64,000 bases of DNA from an uncultured virus (IMG/VR IMGVR_UViG_3300044733_004038) (IMGVR_UViG_3300044733_004038); one strand, 5' to 3'; numbered from the stretch's first letter, positions 31,181 to 40,171 are shown. Program-made: numbers and translations. Notes: generated by a model not told the origin, from the letters alone.

Positions 31181-31594
31181 ATGAATACGCAACGACGACG
31201 TACAGTGGAATTCACTGGAGGGTCAATTACGTTCACTGAACGTAGATACACAAGCAGCCGAGAGCTGACAGCAGCTCCTCGGATGTACGTAAGCATCGAA
31301 GATGAGACACTTATGAGCAACCTTGCGAATCGCAAGCGTCGCCCGTACAATGTCTACAAGTCGATGATTCACTCGAGCGGACTTGCAGGAGTGCTTGACA
31401 TCAGCAAATTGAGCTGGTCGCAGCACGCCGGTTGCACATGCAACTGCTCTCCAGGTTTCATCCTGAAGAGTCAGCAGGTGACGTTCGACGATGGCTCGTC
31501 AACGTGCTACTGGGACGCTTGGGTCAAGCTCCATGGCGCAAGTCATGTTGATGACTCGAAGCCAGCAAGAGTGCTGGCGTCAGCAACCCTGTAA
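31181..31594 (+). CDS. Cassette hypothetical protein (WSQxAGCxCxCSPGF motif)
   Basis: Repeat promoter and RBS; conserved-looking Cys motif. Confidence 0.75.
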   Translation: MNTQRRRTVEFTGGSITFTERRYTSSRELTAAPRMYVSIEDETLMSNLANRKRRPYNVYKSMIHSSGLAGVLDISKLSWSQHAGCTCNCSPGFILKSQQVTFDDGSSTCYWDAWVKLHGASHVDDSKPARVLASATL

Positions 31595-31693
31595 CACCCC
31601 TGATATACAATGAATTCAACTCTGGGAACGAGCGTCTTTGATTCTCGTTTCCAGAGTTTATATAATGACTATACACACAACGAAAGGACAATA

Positions 31694-32026
31694 ATGACAA
31701 CATCAACAGTAATCACGACCTCAACAGTCGAAGTAGCAGAGCAGGTTGCAATTCTCGATGAACTTGCAACTGAGATTGCGATTGCAGAGTTCAACTCTGC
31801 GAAAGCAGCAATCAAGGCGTTTGAAGCGAAGAAAGCAGAAGCGGAGCAAAAGCTTCGTGCAATGCTTGGTGACGCGAAGAGTGGCACAATCAATGGAACT
31901 GTTCGTGTGCGAATTCAACATCGCAACATGAGCAAGATTGATCGTGAAGCGCTCAAGACTGCGTTCCCTGAAGCGCACGACGCTACGCTAGTTCAGTCGT
32001 CTTACACGGTCCTCGACGCCAAGTAA
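31694..32026 (+). CDS. Cassette coiled-coil hypothetical protein
   Basis: Repeat promoter and RBS; coiled coil then SKIDREALKTAFPE. Confidence 0.75.
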   Translation: MTTSTVITTSTVEVAEQVAILDELATEIAIAEFNSAKAAIKAFEAKKAEAEQKLRAMLGDAKSGTINGTVRVRIQHRNMSKIDREALKTAFPEAHDATLVQSSYTVLDAK

Positions 32027-32194
32027 GAGCCCAGACTGATGCCGTGCATAGTAATGCAGGCTGACGTTCGGTCTGGCCTAGACTGTCTTGCCAATGCGTG
32101 AGGACGCGGTAAGACAGCCTAGGCCTGTAATTCCAGAGTTGTTATAATGTATTCGTCAAGCAATAACGCTTGGCAATGACGAAAGGACAAAGCA

Positions 32195-32572
32195 ATGGGT
32201 GACAGATTCGTCGTGGGATTCCGCGACACTAAAGATACTCCTCCCGTGTGGCTATACAGTCACTGGGGTGGCAGCGACAGACTGAGCTTGATTGCCACGG
32301 CAATCGAGAAAGCTCGTCCACGCTGGAGCGATTCAGCATACGCGACTCGCATCGCAATCTCCTCAATTGTGGGAGACTCGTGGAGTGAAGAGACTGGCTT
32401 CGGCATTACAGCCGGCGGCCGGGACTTCTGTGAGCCTGATACAGATGACGTGCATCTCGTCACCTGGTCAGACCAGACTGTCGTCACTCAGGACATCGCT
32501 GGAGAGCATGACCTTGTGAACTTCGGTTTCGAAGTCTTTCTATCAGTGTGCTCGCACGAGCACGCTGTCTAG
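32195..32572 (+). CDS. Cassette hypothetical protein (MGDR...YSHWGG family)
   Basis: Repeat promoter and RBS. Confidence 0.75.
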   Translation: MGDRFVVGFRDTKDTPPVWLYSHWGGSDRLSLIATAIEKARPRWSDSAYATRIAISSIVGDSWSEETGFGITAGGRDFCEPDTDDVHLVTWSDQTVVTQDIAGEHDLVNFGFEVFLSVCSHEHAV

Positions 32573-32688
32573 AGAATCAACTCCCGGTCGGAAGTTGAGC
32601 ACAGAACTGCTGTCGGCTGAAACCCTCCTCAGCCGGCAGCTTTCCAGAGTTTATATAATGTATTCACACCAAACGAAAGGACAAAATA

Positions 32689-33135
32689 ATGAATGACAGT
32701 TCAACAGAAGTTGTAGGGCACATGCTCTACTTAGAATTTAGGCACGACAAAACGTCGTATCAAATGATGATGTTTCCGCCGCTTAGGTCGTCTTCATCGC
32801 TTATGATGCCGTTTACAGTATTCCGTCGACAGATCTCGCCAGCGGTAGCACGCAGACAGTGGCGATGCTACACAGGCCCGACGCCAAGCCCTGTTATGCC
32901 AGGACCCGGCAGTGCTGAAGTTCAGGCATCGACTTGGCTGACGTCGTTGACAGACTCGACAATGCAGCAGCTTTCAACTCGAGGCTGGGCTCTGTACAAA
33001 GAGCCAATCGTCGTCGAGCTCACGCAGAAGGATGTCGATGACGCGGCCAGAGGCAAGCTCGCGTACAAGGCTCTTGGCCGAGTCAACAAAGCTCGCAAGT
33101 TTCTTAGTTTTGAAGATTACTGGAAGCAGAGTTAG
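32689..33135 (+). CDS. Cassette hypothetical protein
   Basis: Repeat promoter and RBS. Confidence 0.7.
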   Translation: MNDSSTEVVGHMLYLEFRHDKTSYQMMMFPPLRSSSSLMMPFTVFRRQISPAVARRQWRCYTGPTPSPVMPGPGSAEVQASTWLTSLTDSTMQQLSTRGWALYKEPIVVELTQKDVDDAARGKLAYKALGRVNKARKFLSFEDYWKQS

Positions 33136-33207
33136 CTTCCAGAGTCTTTATAATAATAATGAATAAGTAAGTAACACACCAAACGACAAACAACGAAAGG
33201 ACACAAA

Positions 33208-34200
33208 ATGTTATCAAGTACAGAATACGACAAGCTCCACCCGGGGCTAGACAAAGTGCTGCTTGCAGCAGCGGGGCAGACTCTGCACTCAGAGTTCGCG
33301 GATAAGATGAAGTCAATGGTTCTCGACGCAGGACGCGTCAAGGCTAAGACTATCGCTCCGAAGAAGAAAGTTCCAATGATATCTGCAGACGCGCTTGTAG
33401 GCGAGAAGAGTTACACTCGACCAAATGGCGAGAACTACTACTCACGCAAGTGGGGTGAGCATGACGATGTCATGGTGCTTCGCAAGTCGAGAGACATGTC
33501 AGCATACGTACTTTTGTACGGCGCACCAGGTTGCGGTAAGACTGCTGTTGTTGAAGCTGCGTTCACTGGCGAGTCCGGTGGCTTGTTCACAGTGCTCGGC
33601 TCAGGCGACACAGAAGTTGCTGACTTAGTCGGCGGATATGTGCAGACACCAAGTGGTGGCTTTGTCTGGGAGGACGGCCCACTGCTTAAAGCAGCGGAGT
33701 GCGGCGGAGTGCTGCTCATCGATGAGGTAGGTCTTATCGACCCGAAGGTGCTCAGTATCGTCTACGGTCTCATGGATGGCCGTCGTGAATACACTGTGAC
33801 TGCTAACCCAGAGCGTGGGACAGTGAAAGCTGCTCCAGGTTTCTACGTAATCGCAGCGACTAACCCGAACGCTCCAGGCGTGCGATTGTCTGAAGCTCTC
33901 TTGTCACGATTCCTTGTGCAAGCAGAGATGACGACTGATTGGTCGCTCGCTCGTAAGTTAGGAGCTCCGGTGCCAATCGTCACTGCGGCGCAAAATTTAA
34001 GTAAGAAGCAGCAGTCGTCTGAAGTCTCATGGGCTCCTCAGATGCGTGAGCTTCTAGCGTTCCGCGATCTCGCAAAGGAGTTCGGCACATCATTCGCTAT
34101 CGCGAACTTGCTAGCTGCCGCTCCCGAGATGGATCGCCCAGTCGTGGCTGACGTCTTCACCCGAGTATTCGGAGAAGAGTGTCGCCCGGCGAAGATCTAA
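33208..34200 (+). CDS. MoxR/CbbQ/NorQ-type AAA+ ATPase
   Basis: Walker A GAPGCGKT, DLVGGY, Walker B LLIDE, ATNP and EALLSRF. Confidence 0.9.
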   Translation: MLSSTEYDKLHPGLDKVLLAAAGQTLHSEFADKMKSMVLDAGRVKAKTIAPKKKVPMISADALVGEKSYTRPNGENYYSRKWGEHDDVMVLRKSRDMSAYVLLYGAPGCGKTAVVEAAFTGESGGLFTVLGSGDTEVADLVGGYVQTPSGGFVWEDGPLLKAAECGGVLLIDEVGLIDPKVLSIVYGLMDGRREYTVTANPERGTVKAAPGFYVIAATNPNAPGVRLSEALLSRFLVQAEMTTDWSLARKLGAPVPIVTAAQNLSKKQQSSEVSWAPQMRELLAFRDLAKEFGTSFAIANLLAAAPEMDRPVVADVFTRVFGEECRPAKI

Positions 34201-34318
34201 GCGCTGCCTTTCGCGCTCAGTCTTCGTTGGTTGGTCTCCCGTAGGTGTGCGGGAGGCTAACCTCTCTTTCCAGAGTTTATATAATTGATAGTACAAGGAC
34301 AACAAAGGACAAGGACAA

Positions 34319-36112
34319 ATGACACATTTTAAGATTAATAGCTCTCGAGCTGAGGCTACGCCACCCGAGTGGTTAGGCGTAGGCGTGCAGATCGGCCAGA
34401 TTACAAATATCTGGGCAGAACGCGCAGATGTTATCGCGTACGTCGGCCCAGGCGCCGGTGGCGGCGTGGCACCAGCGTGCTACAACCCAATGCTTGCAGA
34501 GATCGAAGTAGATGTGACGAGAGCGTTTGGCAAGTCAATAACGCCGGCGTCGATCGGCGACATGACGCAACGCAGCGTTCAGTTCGACTGGCCTAAAGCT
34601 TCTGGTGTCATATTCCATGAAGCTCTCCACGCTCGGTTCTCTCGCTGGGATCTCATTAAAGCGCAGAAGGACCTCGAGTCTCTTGAGTTCAAAGCACTCG
34701 TGCTTCTTGAAGAAGGTCGTATCGAGAACTTAGGCGTCACCTTGATGCCAGGTAACTCCGGGTTTCTCCGCGCTTGCGCGCTCGAGATAGTGATGGCTGA
34801 CCTCAATGTCACCGGTGTAGACACCAGCAGCATGTGGACAGCAGCGCACATGGCGGCACTCACGTCAGCACGCGTAGATGCGGGTTCACTCGAGCTGTCA
34901 GACATCGAGACTGTAGAGGAAGTTCTAATCAATAAGCTTGGTGTAGAGCTCTTCACTAAGCTTCGCAACCTATGGCTGCAAGCTCAGGACTACACTTCAC
35001 ACAGTTCAATTGAAGGTCTCTACCCTGTCGCCCGTGAGTGGGCAAGATTAGTTAAAGAGGCAGCAGCTGAAGCTGGTGAGCCAGAGCCTGGTCAAGGTGA
35101 ATCAGGGCTAGGCGAGCTTGGCGAGTTCGGGGAAGCACTCGAGGAAGCACTCGAGGAAGCAGCTGGCAACGCAGCTGTCGGTGGTTCAGCCGATGCAGCA
35201 GATCAACAGACGCAAGAAGAATGGGAGCGTGAAGTTAAAAGTCGAAGCGGTGCAGCGAAGCAGCAGAAAGAACACAAGGACGCTGCGGACAAAGTATTCG
35301 GTAGAGGCACTGGGCCAGAATCTTCTTCTGAGACAAACAGTCGTCTAGTTGAAAAGCGCGCTCCACGTGGTGATGAACGAGCAGCAGCAGTCAAGGTAGC
35401 GCAGATGCTTGAGAAAGCTAAGTATCGTGAGCGTGACGAGACTGAGATTAAGTCGATCGTTCCTCCTGGCCGGTTGCGCACGCGCGCTATGGTGCAGGGA
35501 GCAGCGTTTAAGTCGAAGGGCATCATGACGCAAGTAGAGCCATGGCGCCGGACTAAGCGCACGCACACTGACGACCCAACTCTCACTGTCGGCGTAATGG
35601 TCGACATCAGCGGTTCAATGTCCTCGGCGATGGAGCCGATGGCAGTGACAGCGTGGGTCATGAGCGAAGCGGTGCGGAGAGTTCAAGGCCGTGCGGCGAT
35701 GGTTTACTACGGCACTGGGGTGTTCCCAACATTGAAGCCCGGGCAGCACTTGTCAGAGGTGACAGTGTACTCGGCGCCAGATGGAACTGAACGCTTTGAG
35801 AAAGCATTCAAAGCGCTTGATGGTTCGTTGAACTTGCTCAATGGCGTAGGCGCGCGATTGCTCGTCATCGTTAGCGATCTGTGTTACACTCACGAAGAGA
35901 CGAAGAACGCACGACGCTGGTTAGATGAGTGCGAAAGACTTGGTGTCGGAGTCATGGTTGTGTCTCCGTTAGCGAGTGACGACGCTCGTCGACTTCTCAA
36001 TAGCTCGAGCACCAAGTCAGTGCAGCTCGTCGAGAAGATTACAAGTGCCGCAGACGTAGCGACGCAGATAGGATCTGCAGCAGCAAGAGCGCTGGAGTCA
36101 GTTCAACGCTAA
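34319..36112 (+). CDS. VWA-domain protein with N-terminal HEXXH (CobT/NorD-like partner)
   Basis: FHEALH...LEEGRIE; acidic linker; PPGRL; MIDAS DISGSM, T and VSD. Confidence 0.87.
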   Translation: MTHFKINSSRAEATPPEWLGVGVQIGQITNIWAERADVIAYVGPGAGGGVAPACYNPMLAEIEVDVTRAFGKSITPASIGDMTQRSVQFDWPKASGVIFHEALHARFSRWDLIKAQKDLESLEFKALVLLEEGRIENLGVTLMPGNSGFLRACALEIVMADLNVTGVDTSSMWTAAHMAALTSARVDAGSLELSDIETVEEVLINKLGVELFTKLRNLWLQAQDYTSHSSIEGLYPVAREWARLVKEAAAEAGEPEPGQGESGLGELGEFGEALEEALEEAAGNAAVGGSADAADQQTQEEWEREVKSRSGAAKQQKEHKDAADKVFGRGTGPESSSETNSRLVEKRAPRGDERAAAVKVAQMLEKAKYRERDETEIKSIVPPGRLRTRAMVQGAAFKSKGIMTQVEPWRRTKRTHTDDPTLTVGVMVDISGSMSSAMEPMAVTAWVMSEAVRRVQGRAAMVYYGTGVFPTLKPGQHLSEVTVYSAPDGTERFEKAFKALDGSLNLLNGVGARLLVIVSDLCYTHEETKNARRWLDECERLGVGVMVVSPLASDDARRLLNSSSTKSVQLVEKITSAADVATQIGSAAARALESVQR

Positions 36113-36117
36113 AGATC

Positions 36118-36172
36118 GCCGGCCCGGGGTGGACACACTTTACTTGTCCTTTAGTGTTCCTCCCGGGTTGGT
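36118..36172 (+). terminator. Long hairpin after the VWA gene
   Basis: GCCGGCCCGGG...ACACT/AGTGT...CCCGGGTTGGT followed by a T-rich tract. Confidence 0.6.
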
Positions 36173-36225
36173 TCATTCTTCCAGAGTTTATATAATGTAC
36201 GTAACAACAACGAAAGGATAACCTA

Positions 36226-36444
36226 ATGACAATTCACTATTTCGCTGCCGATGGAAACTACGGCAATGCTCGTCAATTAGTCGTCGTCGACACATCAGAC
36301 TGGACCGAGGACGAGTGGGAAGACGTCGACAACGCGCCTGAAGGCGAGCGTGGAAGTATCGCGCTGCAGTTGTCAGGCGGCAAGATGAAACCGACGGCGC
36401 AGTTAGCGCTGCCGTTGGTGTTCCCTGACGCCGCACAATCATGA
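36226..36444 (+). CDS. Acidic cassette hypothetical protein
   Basis: Repeat promoter and RBS. Confidence 0.7.
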   Translation: MTIHYFAADGNYGNARQLVVVDTSDWTEDEWEDVDNAPEGERGSIALQLSGGKMKPTAQLALPLVFPDAAQS

Positions 36445-36644
36445 GTGAAGGCACGGTCCTCTACTCAGTAGTGGTCCGGCTGTGCGTGAGGCGCGGGCCT
36501 GACGCATACACAGAGATAGACGGTGAGGTATTCGCAGCTGTCTCGCAGGGAATAGAAGACGCAGAGATGGTTGACATCCTCGACATCGAGGTGCTGCCTG
36601 AACCGCCTGATGCTAAGATCATTGCGTTCCCTAAACGCGATTGA
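36441..36644 (+). CDS. Acidic hypothetical protein
   Basis: ATGA-coupled. Confidence 0.6.
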   Translation: MSEGTVLYSVVVRLCVRRGPDAYTEIDGEVFAAVSQGIEDAEMVDILDIEVLPEPPDAKIIAFPKRD

Positions 36645-36646
36645 GA

Positions 36647-36735
36647 CATCGGCCTGGTGGAAGGCTGCAGAGGCAAGACCGCTGCCAATTTCAAGCATCG
36701 GCCTGGCGGGAGGCTGCAAGGCAAGACCGCTGCCA
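36647..36735. repeat. Tandem ~49-bp repeat CATCGGCCTG-N18/19-AGACCGCTGCCA
   Basis: Copies at 36647-36687 and 36696-36735. Confidence 0.8.
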
Positions 36736-36767
36736 CTTTGGACATCCAGAGCTGTTATAATGTAGTT

Positions 36768-36938
36768 ATGGGAATCTTAGGACTGTACATCGCTTATCGA
36801 GCAGGTAAACGACGAGCTATGCGTGACTACAACGACAGCGTTGTTGGTCTAGACTTAGACGAAATCTGCGCAGTTTGCAAGCAGGAACTTCGATTCCACT
36901 CAAACGATGCGAACCTGAGTTGCCCGATCTCGATATAG
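36768..36938 (+). CDS. Small leaderless cassette protein
   Basis: ATG 6 nt after TATAAT; MGILGLYIAYRAG...CAVC..H..C. Confidence 0.65.
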   Translation: MGILGLYIAYRAGKRRAMRDYNDSVVGLDLDEICAVCKQELRFHSNDANLSCPISI

Positions 36939-36969
36939 ACTCGAGTTCCAGAGTTTATATAATGGTTGC

Positions 36970-37116
36970 ATGACTACAACGACGAAACAACAGGTACGTA
37001 TTGAGAGAAGCATTCACACTTGGAACGTAATAACTCCGTCTGGAGTTAGGTACTTCAGAAAGAAAGAAATAGCTGAAGACTTAGTCAGGTGCATCGAAAA
37101 GCAAAATAAGAAGTAA
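36970..37116 (+). CDS. Small leaderless cassette protein (48 aa)
   Basis: ATG 6 nt after TATAAT; MTTTTKQQVRIERSIHTWNV...; fills the space between two repeats. Confidence 0.65.
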   Translation: MTTTTKQQVRIERSIHTWNVITPSGVRYFRKKEIAEDLVRCIEKQNKK

Positions 37117-37168
37117 ACTCGAGTTCCAGAGTTTATATAATGCATATATAACAACGAAAGGACGCAAT

Positions 37169-37462
37169 ATGAAATACACGAAGAAACAATGGGGAACAAG
37201 AGAGCCGTTTGAAGGCGTCATTGCGGAGTACTTCGCGATAGGCGACTTGTTCGGGCTTGAAGTGCAAGTGCAGACTAGCGGACTCATCGTCGGGACAGTT
37301 TGGAAGACAATTCCAGCGACGTACTGGGAGCCGGCAGACGTAGATTGCATTCACGAACAAGAGTTCACCAACGTCGATGAGGCGATGGTCGCTCTCGAGA
37401 AGTACGACGACGACGCGGTTGCGGAAGAGATTCGCTACGACAGAATGATGTCAGAGTACTAG
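37169..37462 (+). CDS. Acidic cassette hypothetical protein
   Basis: Repeat promoter and RBS; PATYWEPA. Confidence 0.75.
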   Translation: MKYTKKQWGTREPFEGVIAEYFAIGDLFGLEVQVQTSGLIVGTVWKTIPATYWEPADVDCIHEQEFTNVDEAMVALEKYDDDAVAEEIRYDRMMSEY

Positions 37463-37509
37463 TCCAGAGTTTATATAATTAAACTATCAACATGACACAG
37501 GAGAACAAC

Positions 37510-37677
37510 ATGGCAGTAAACACAGAGAATGAATTCGAACTCGCAATCAATGAACTCGAGCGGTTGCTTGGTGTAGAGCACCTCGGCGTGAGAACGTCGA
37601 CACAGTTCAAGCTCGGCATCTCGGGCGTATGTCTCATCATTGCGGCACTCACACCGCGCGAACCTCTGTGGGATTAA
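37510..37677 (+). CDS. Cassette hypothetical protein
   Basis: AGGAG RBS before ATG 37510. Confidence 0.6.
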   Translation: MAVNTENEFELAINELERLLGVEHLGVRTSTQFKLGISGVCLIIAALTPREPLWD

Positions 37678-37687
37678 GGAGCAGAGC

Positions 37688-37894
37688 ATGCGGACAGAGT
37701 TTTACTCAGTAGTCGAGACGCCGCGGTGCGTTCATTGCGGATACAAGGGTGAGGTAGAAGTACCGAACTCAGGCCTTGCACGACGCAGTGCGGGCGCGTT
37801 GATACAGAACGCGTTCCCTGATCTAAGCAGAGGTCTTCGTGAGCAGCTTGTTTCAGGCACGCACCCAGAGTGCTGGGCCGAGATGTTCGGATAG
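37688..37894 (+). CDS. Zinc-binding hypothetical protein
   Basis: AAGGAG RBS; CVHCG...IQNAFPDLS...REQLVSGTHPECW. Confidence 0.75.
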   Translation: MRTEFYSVVETPRCVHCGYKGEVEVPNSGLARRSAGALIQNAFPDLSRGLREQLVSGTHPECWAEMFG

Positions 37895-37954
37895 AGCAAC
37901 TCGAGTTTCCAGAGTTTGTATAATGTTTATATACACAACGACAAAGGAAAAATC

Positions 37955-38257
37955 ATGAAAACCTACACGATCACAAAAACAGACAACGCAGTTACAATCG
38001 ACTTCGACATCGACTACTTCTACGCTAACTGCAACAACGCAACAATCGACTTCAACGAACTTGGCCTCGACCCGATATTCACAATTCACTTCGTCGACAA
38101 TCAGCCATTCATTAATCTCGGCAACGACGCCGCCACGTTCTCGTTCGAGGCCCCACTCTTCGACGAATCTGAAATCGAACAAGTTTTCAACTACGATGTC
38201 CTTCTGGCCCTCATCGCGACTGACAGCCGCTTCGACAACGGCCAAAGTCCCTACTAA
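37955..38257 (+). CDS. Highly acidic cassette protein
   Basis: Repeat promoter and AAAGGA RBS; D/F/N-rich. Confidence 0.75.
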   Translation: MKTYTITKTDNAVTIDFDIDYFYANCNNATIDFNELGLDPIFTIHFVDNQPFINLGNDAATFSFEAPLFDESEIEQVFNYDVLLALIATDSRFDNGQSPY

Positions 38258-38289
38258 ACTTGAGTTTCCAGAGATTGTATAATGAATAT

Positions 38290-38538
38290 ATGAACAACCA
38301 CACAAAAATCATCAACGTCGACTTGGCCACCGAAAACCTTCTCGACGCCATTATCGACCTAAAAAACACTATTCCGGACTCGTTTGTCCGCGTCGTCGAC
38401 ATTGCCACCGAATCCACCGGCTGGCCAAATATCGACATCGTTTTCAACGAATCCGACTCGGAAACTCTCGCTGAGTGGTTGGGTCAAGAGGACGACATGG
38501 AGTTCTTTGATTCACAAACTTCGATCTTCAGTCTTTAA
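38290..38538 (+). CDS. Acidic leaderless cassette protein
   Basis: ATG 6 nt after TATAAT. Confidence 0.7.
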   Translation: MNNHTKIINVDLATENLLDAIIDLKNTIPDSFVRVVDIATESTGWPNIDIVFNESDSETLAEWLGQEDDMEFFDSQTSIFSL

Positions 38539-38569
38539 CTCGAGTTTCCAGAGATTGTATAATGAATAT

Positions 38570-38707
38570 ATGAAAACATCAACCAAATGGAACGCGGAAA
38601 GTCGCCAAGCCTTTGCGGATAGAAATATCCTCAGAGCTCAGCAGATTCCTAACAAGCGCAAGCTTGCGAATCGTCAGGCTTGCCGCGTAAAGAAGTGGGA
38701 CTTCTAA
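38570..38707 (+). CDS. Basic leaderless cassette peptide (45 aa)
   Basis: ATG 6 nt after TATAAT; LRAQQIPNKRKLANRQACR. Confidence 0.65.
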   Translation: MKTSTKWNAESRQAFADRNILRAQQIPNKRKLANRQACRVKKWDF

Positions 38708-38758
38708 AGTTCTGCTTCTTTCAAAACTAAAACGACACACTACAAAAGGAGAACAATA

Positions 38759-39235
38759 ATGGGAATGGACGTAATGGGAAGAAACGCCAAAAGTGAAATG
38801 GGCGAATACTTCCGACGCAACGTTTGGGGCTGGCGCCCGCTGTGGATCTACGTAGAAGATATGCACGTAGACACCGCATCAAAGGTGAAGAATGCTCAGA
38901 CTAACGATGGTGATGGGCTGAACGAAGATGACGCTTACGCGCTCGGTCTGAAGCTCTACAACGACATTGCAGATGGTATCGCTGCTCGCTACGTCTCAGA
39001 ACGTGATGCGGCTATTGCTGCGTTGCCGGACGAGCCATGCAAGTACTGTGACGCAACAGGTATCCGAACGGATACGGTCGGCGTCAGCATGGGCATGGAC
39101 AAAAAGAAGACGTGCAATGCATGCGATAGCAAAGGCAAGGTTCGCCCTTGGGAAGCGCACTACAGTCTTGACGTAGACGATATTCGCGAGTTCGCAGACT
39201 TCTTAGTTGAGTCCGGCGGATTCAGCATTTATTAA
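38759..39235 (+). CDS. Hypothetical protein with DnaJ-like CxxCxxxG zinc motifs
   Basis: MGMDV...YFRRNVWGWRPLW; CKYCDATG and CNACDSKG. Confidence 0.8.
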   Translation: MGMDVMGRNAKSEMGEYFRRNVWGWRPLWIYVEDMHVDTASKVKNAQTNDGDGLNEDDAYALGLKLYNDIADGIAARYVSERDAAIAALPDEPCKYCDATGIRTDTVGVSMGMDKKKTCNACDSKGKVRPWEAHYSLDVDDIREFADFLVESGGFSIY

Positions 39236-39265
39236 GTAATAACAACAAAAACAAAAGGAGACATA

Positions 39266-39538
39266 ATGACAACAGAAACAGAAACAAAAAATAGAGCTAA
39301 GCCAGGTTCGCGGACTGAAGAGCTCCCAGAACTTGCAGCGGGCATAAGTTTGCCGGCTGGGTACTCAGCAGCGTACTTTCGTCGCCGAAAGAAGCTTGCG
39401 GTGTTGCGAGCGGATGATCGTACTCACTATCTCGTATTCGACATCATGACAGGCACGTCAGTCAAAGTAGACGACACGAAACAAGCGTGCCGGCTGATGT
39501 CACAGGTCGCTAAGGGTGAGGTCACTCTAGCTGTATAG
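39266..39538 (+). CDS. Hypothetical protein
   Basis: AAGGAG RBS. Confidence 0.7.
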   Translation: MTTETETKNRAKPGSRTEELPELAAGISLPAGYSAAYFRRRKKLAVLRADDRTHYLVFDIMTGTSVKVDDTKQACRLMSQVAKGEVTLAV

Positions 39539-39667
39539 TCGCTGCCATAGCGAGTAGAGTAGCGCCGATAATCAATCGCTGAGACTTTGATCGGCTCTAC
39601 TTCTTGCTATCCAGAGAATGTATAATGGTATCTACAATCAGGTATAAGAAACGACAAAGGAGAAGAC

Positions 39668-39877
39668 ATGGGAGTCATACTAGAAAGTCACATCGAGAAA
39701 ATGCTCGAGTTGGCGCATGCCGTAAAGAAAATTGGCATTGAGAAAATTGCAGAGTCGGCTGGCACTACAGCGAGGAAAGTTAATCGCTTTGTCACTGACC
39801 CGACAACGTCGAAGAACTCCGATATTCTGAAAATTAAGCGTGCGGTAGAGGAGTTAAGCAATGAAGGTAAAAGCTGA
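39668..39877 (+). CDS. Small HTH-like protein
   Basis: GIEKIAESAGTTARKVNRF; repeat promoter. Confidence 0.65.
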   Translation: MGVILESHIEKMLELAHAVKKIGIEKIAESAGTTARKVNRFVTDPTTSKNSDILKIKRAVEELSNEGKS

Positions 39878-40163
39878 GAGGTTTTTGTCAGATCTGCAAA
39901 GTGGAGTCTACGACGACGTCGCGTTCTCGATAGAGACTGCGGTGACGCGCCATGCGCAGAAGATCCGCGCTAAGCGCTCAGTCGCCGACTACGAGACTGG
40001 AGACCTAGTTGTTGTAAATGACCTATGCGGGTACGAAGCCCTGCGCGGCGCCGAGTGCGTTGTTGCGGCTAAGTGGCCTAGATCATTGATAGTCGAAGGC
40101 AAGCTTGATGGAAAAGAGTTCCGTTATGCGATGTCACCTGTCGTACTCGACAAAAAGGTATAG
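39861..40163 (+). CDS. Hypothetical protein (possible SH3/KOW fold)
   Basis: GAGGAG RBS; YETGDLVVV...G...V. Confidence 0.6.
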   Translation: MKVKAERFLSDLQSGVYDDVAFSIETAVTRHAQKIRAKRSVADYETGDLVVVNDLCGYEALRGAECVVAAKWPRSLIVEGKLDGKEFRYAMSPVVLDKKV

Positions 40164-40171
40164 TTGACTGC

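Noticed and set aside
33208..36112. Cobaltochelatase CobS/CobT linked to the B12-dependent RNR
   Set aside because: No cobN or other cobalamin genes; only a generic MoxR/VWA assignment is supportable
36673..36735. Sigma-54 -24/-12 match TGGCAGCGGTCTTGC on the minus strand (also at 30079)
   Set aside because: The TTGC half is missing in the other copies of the repeat, and actinobacteria generally lack sigma-54
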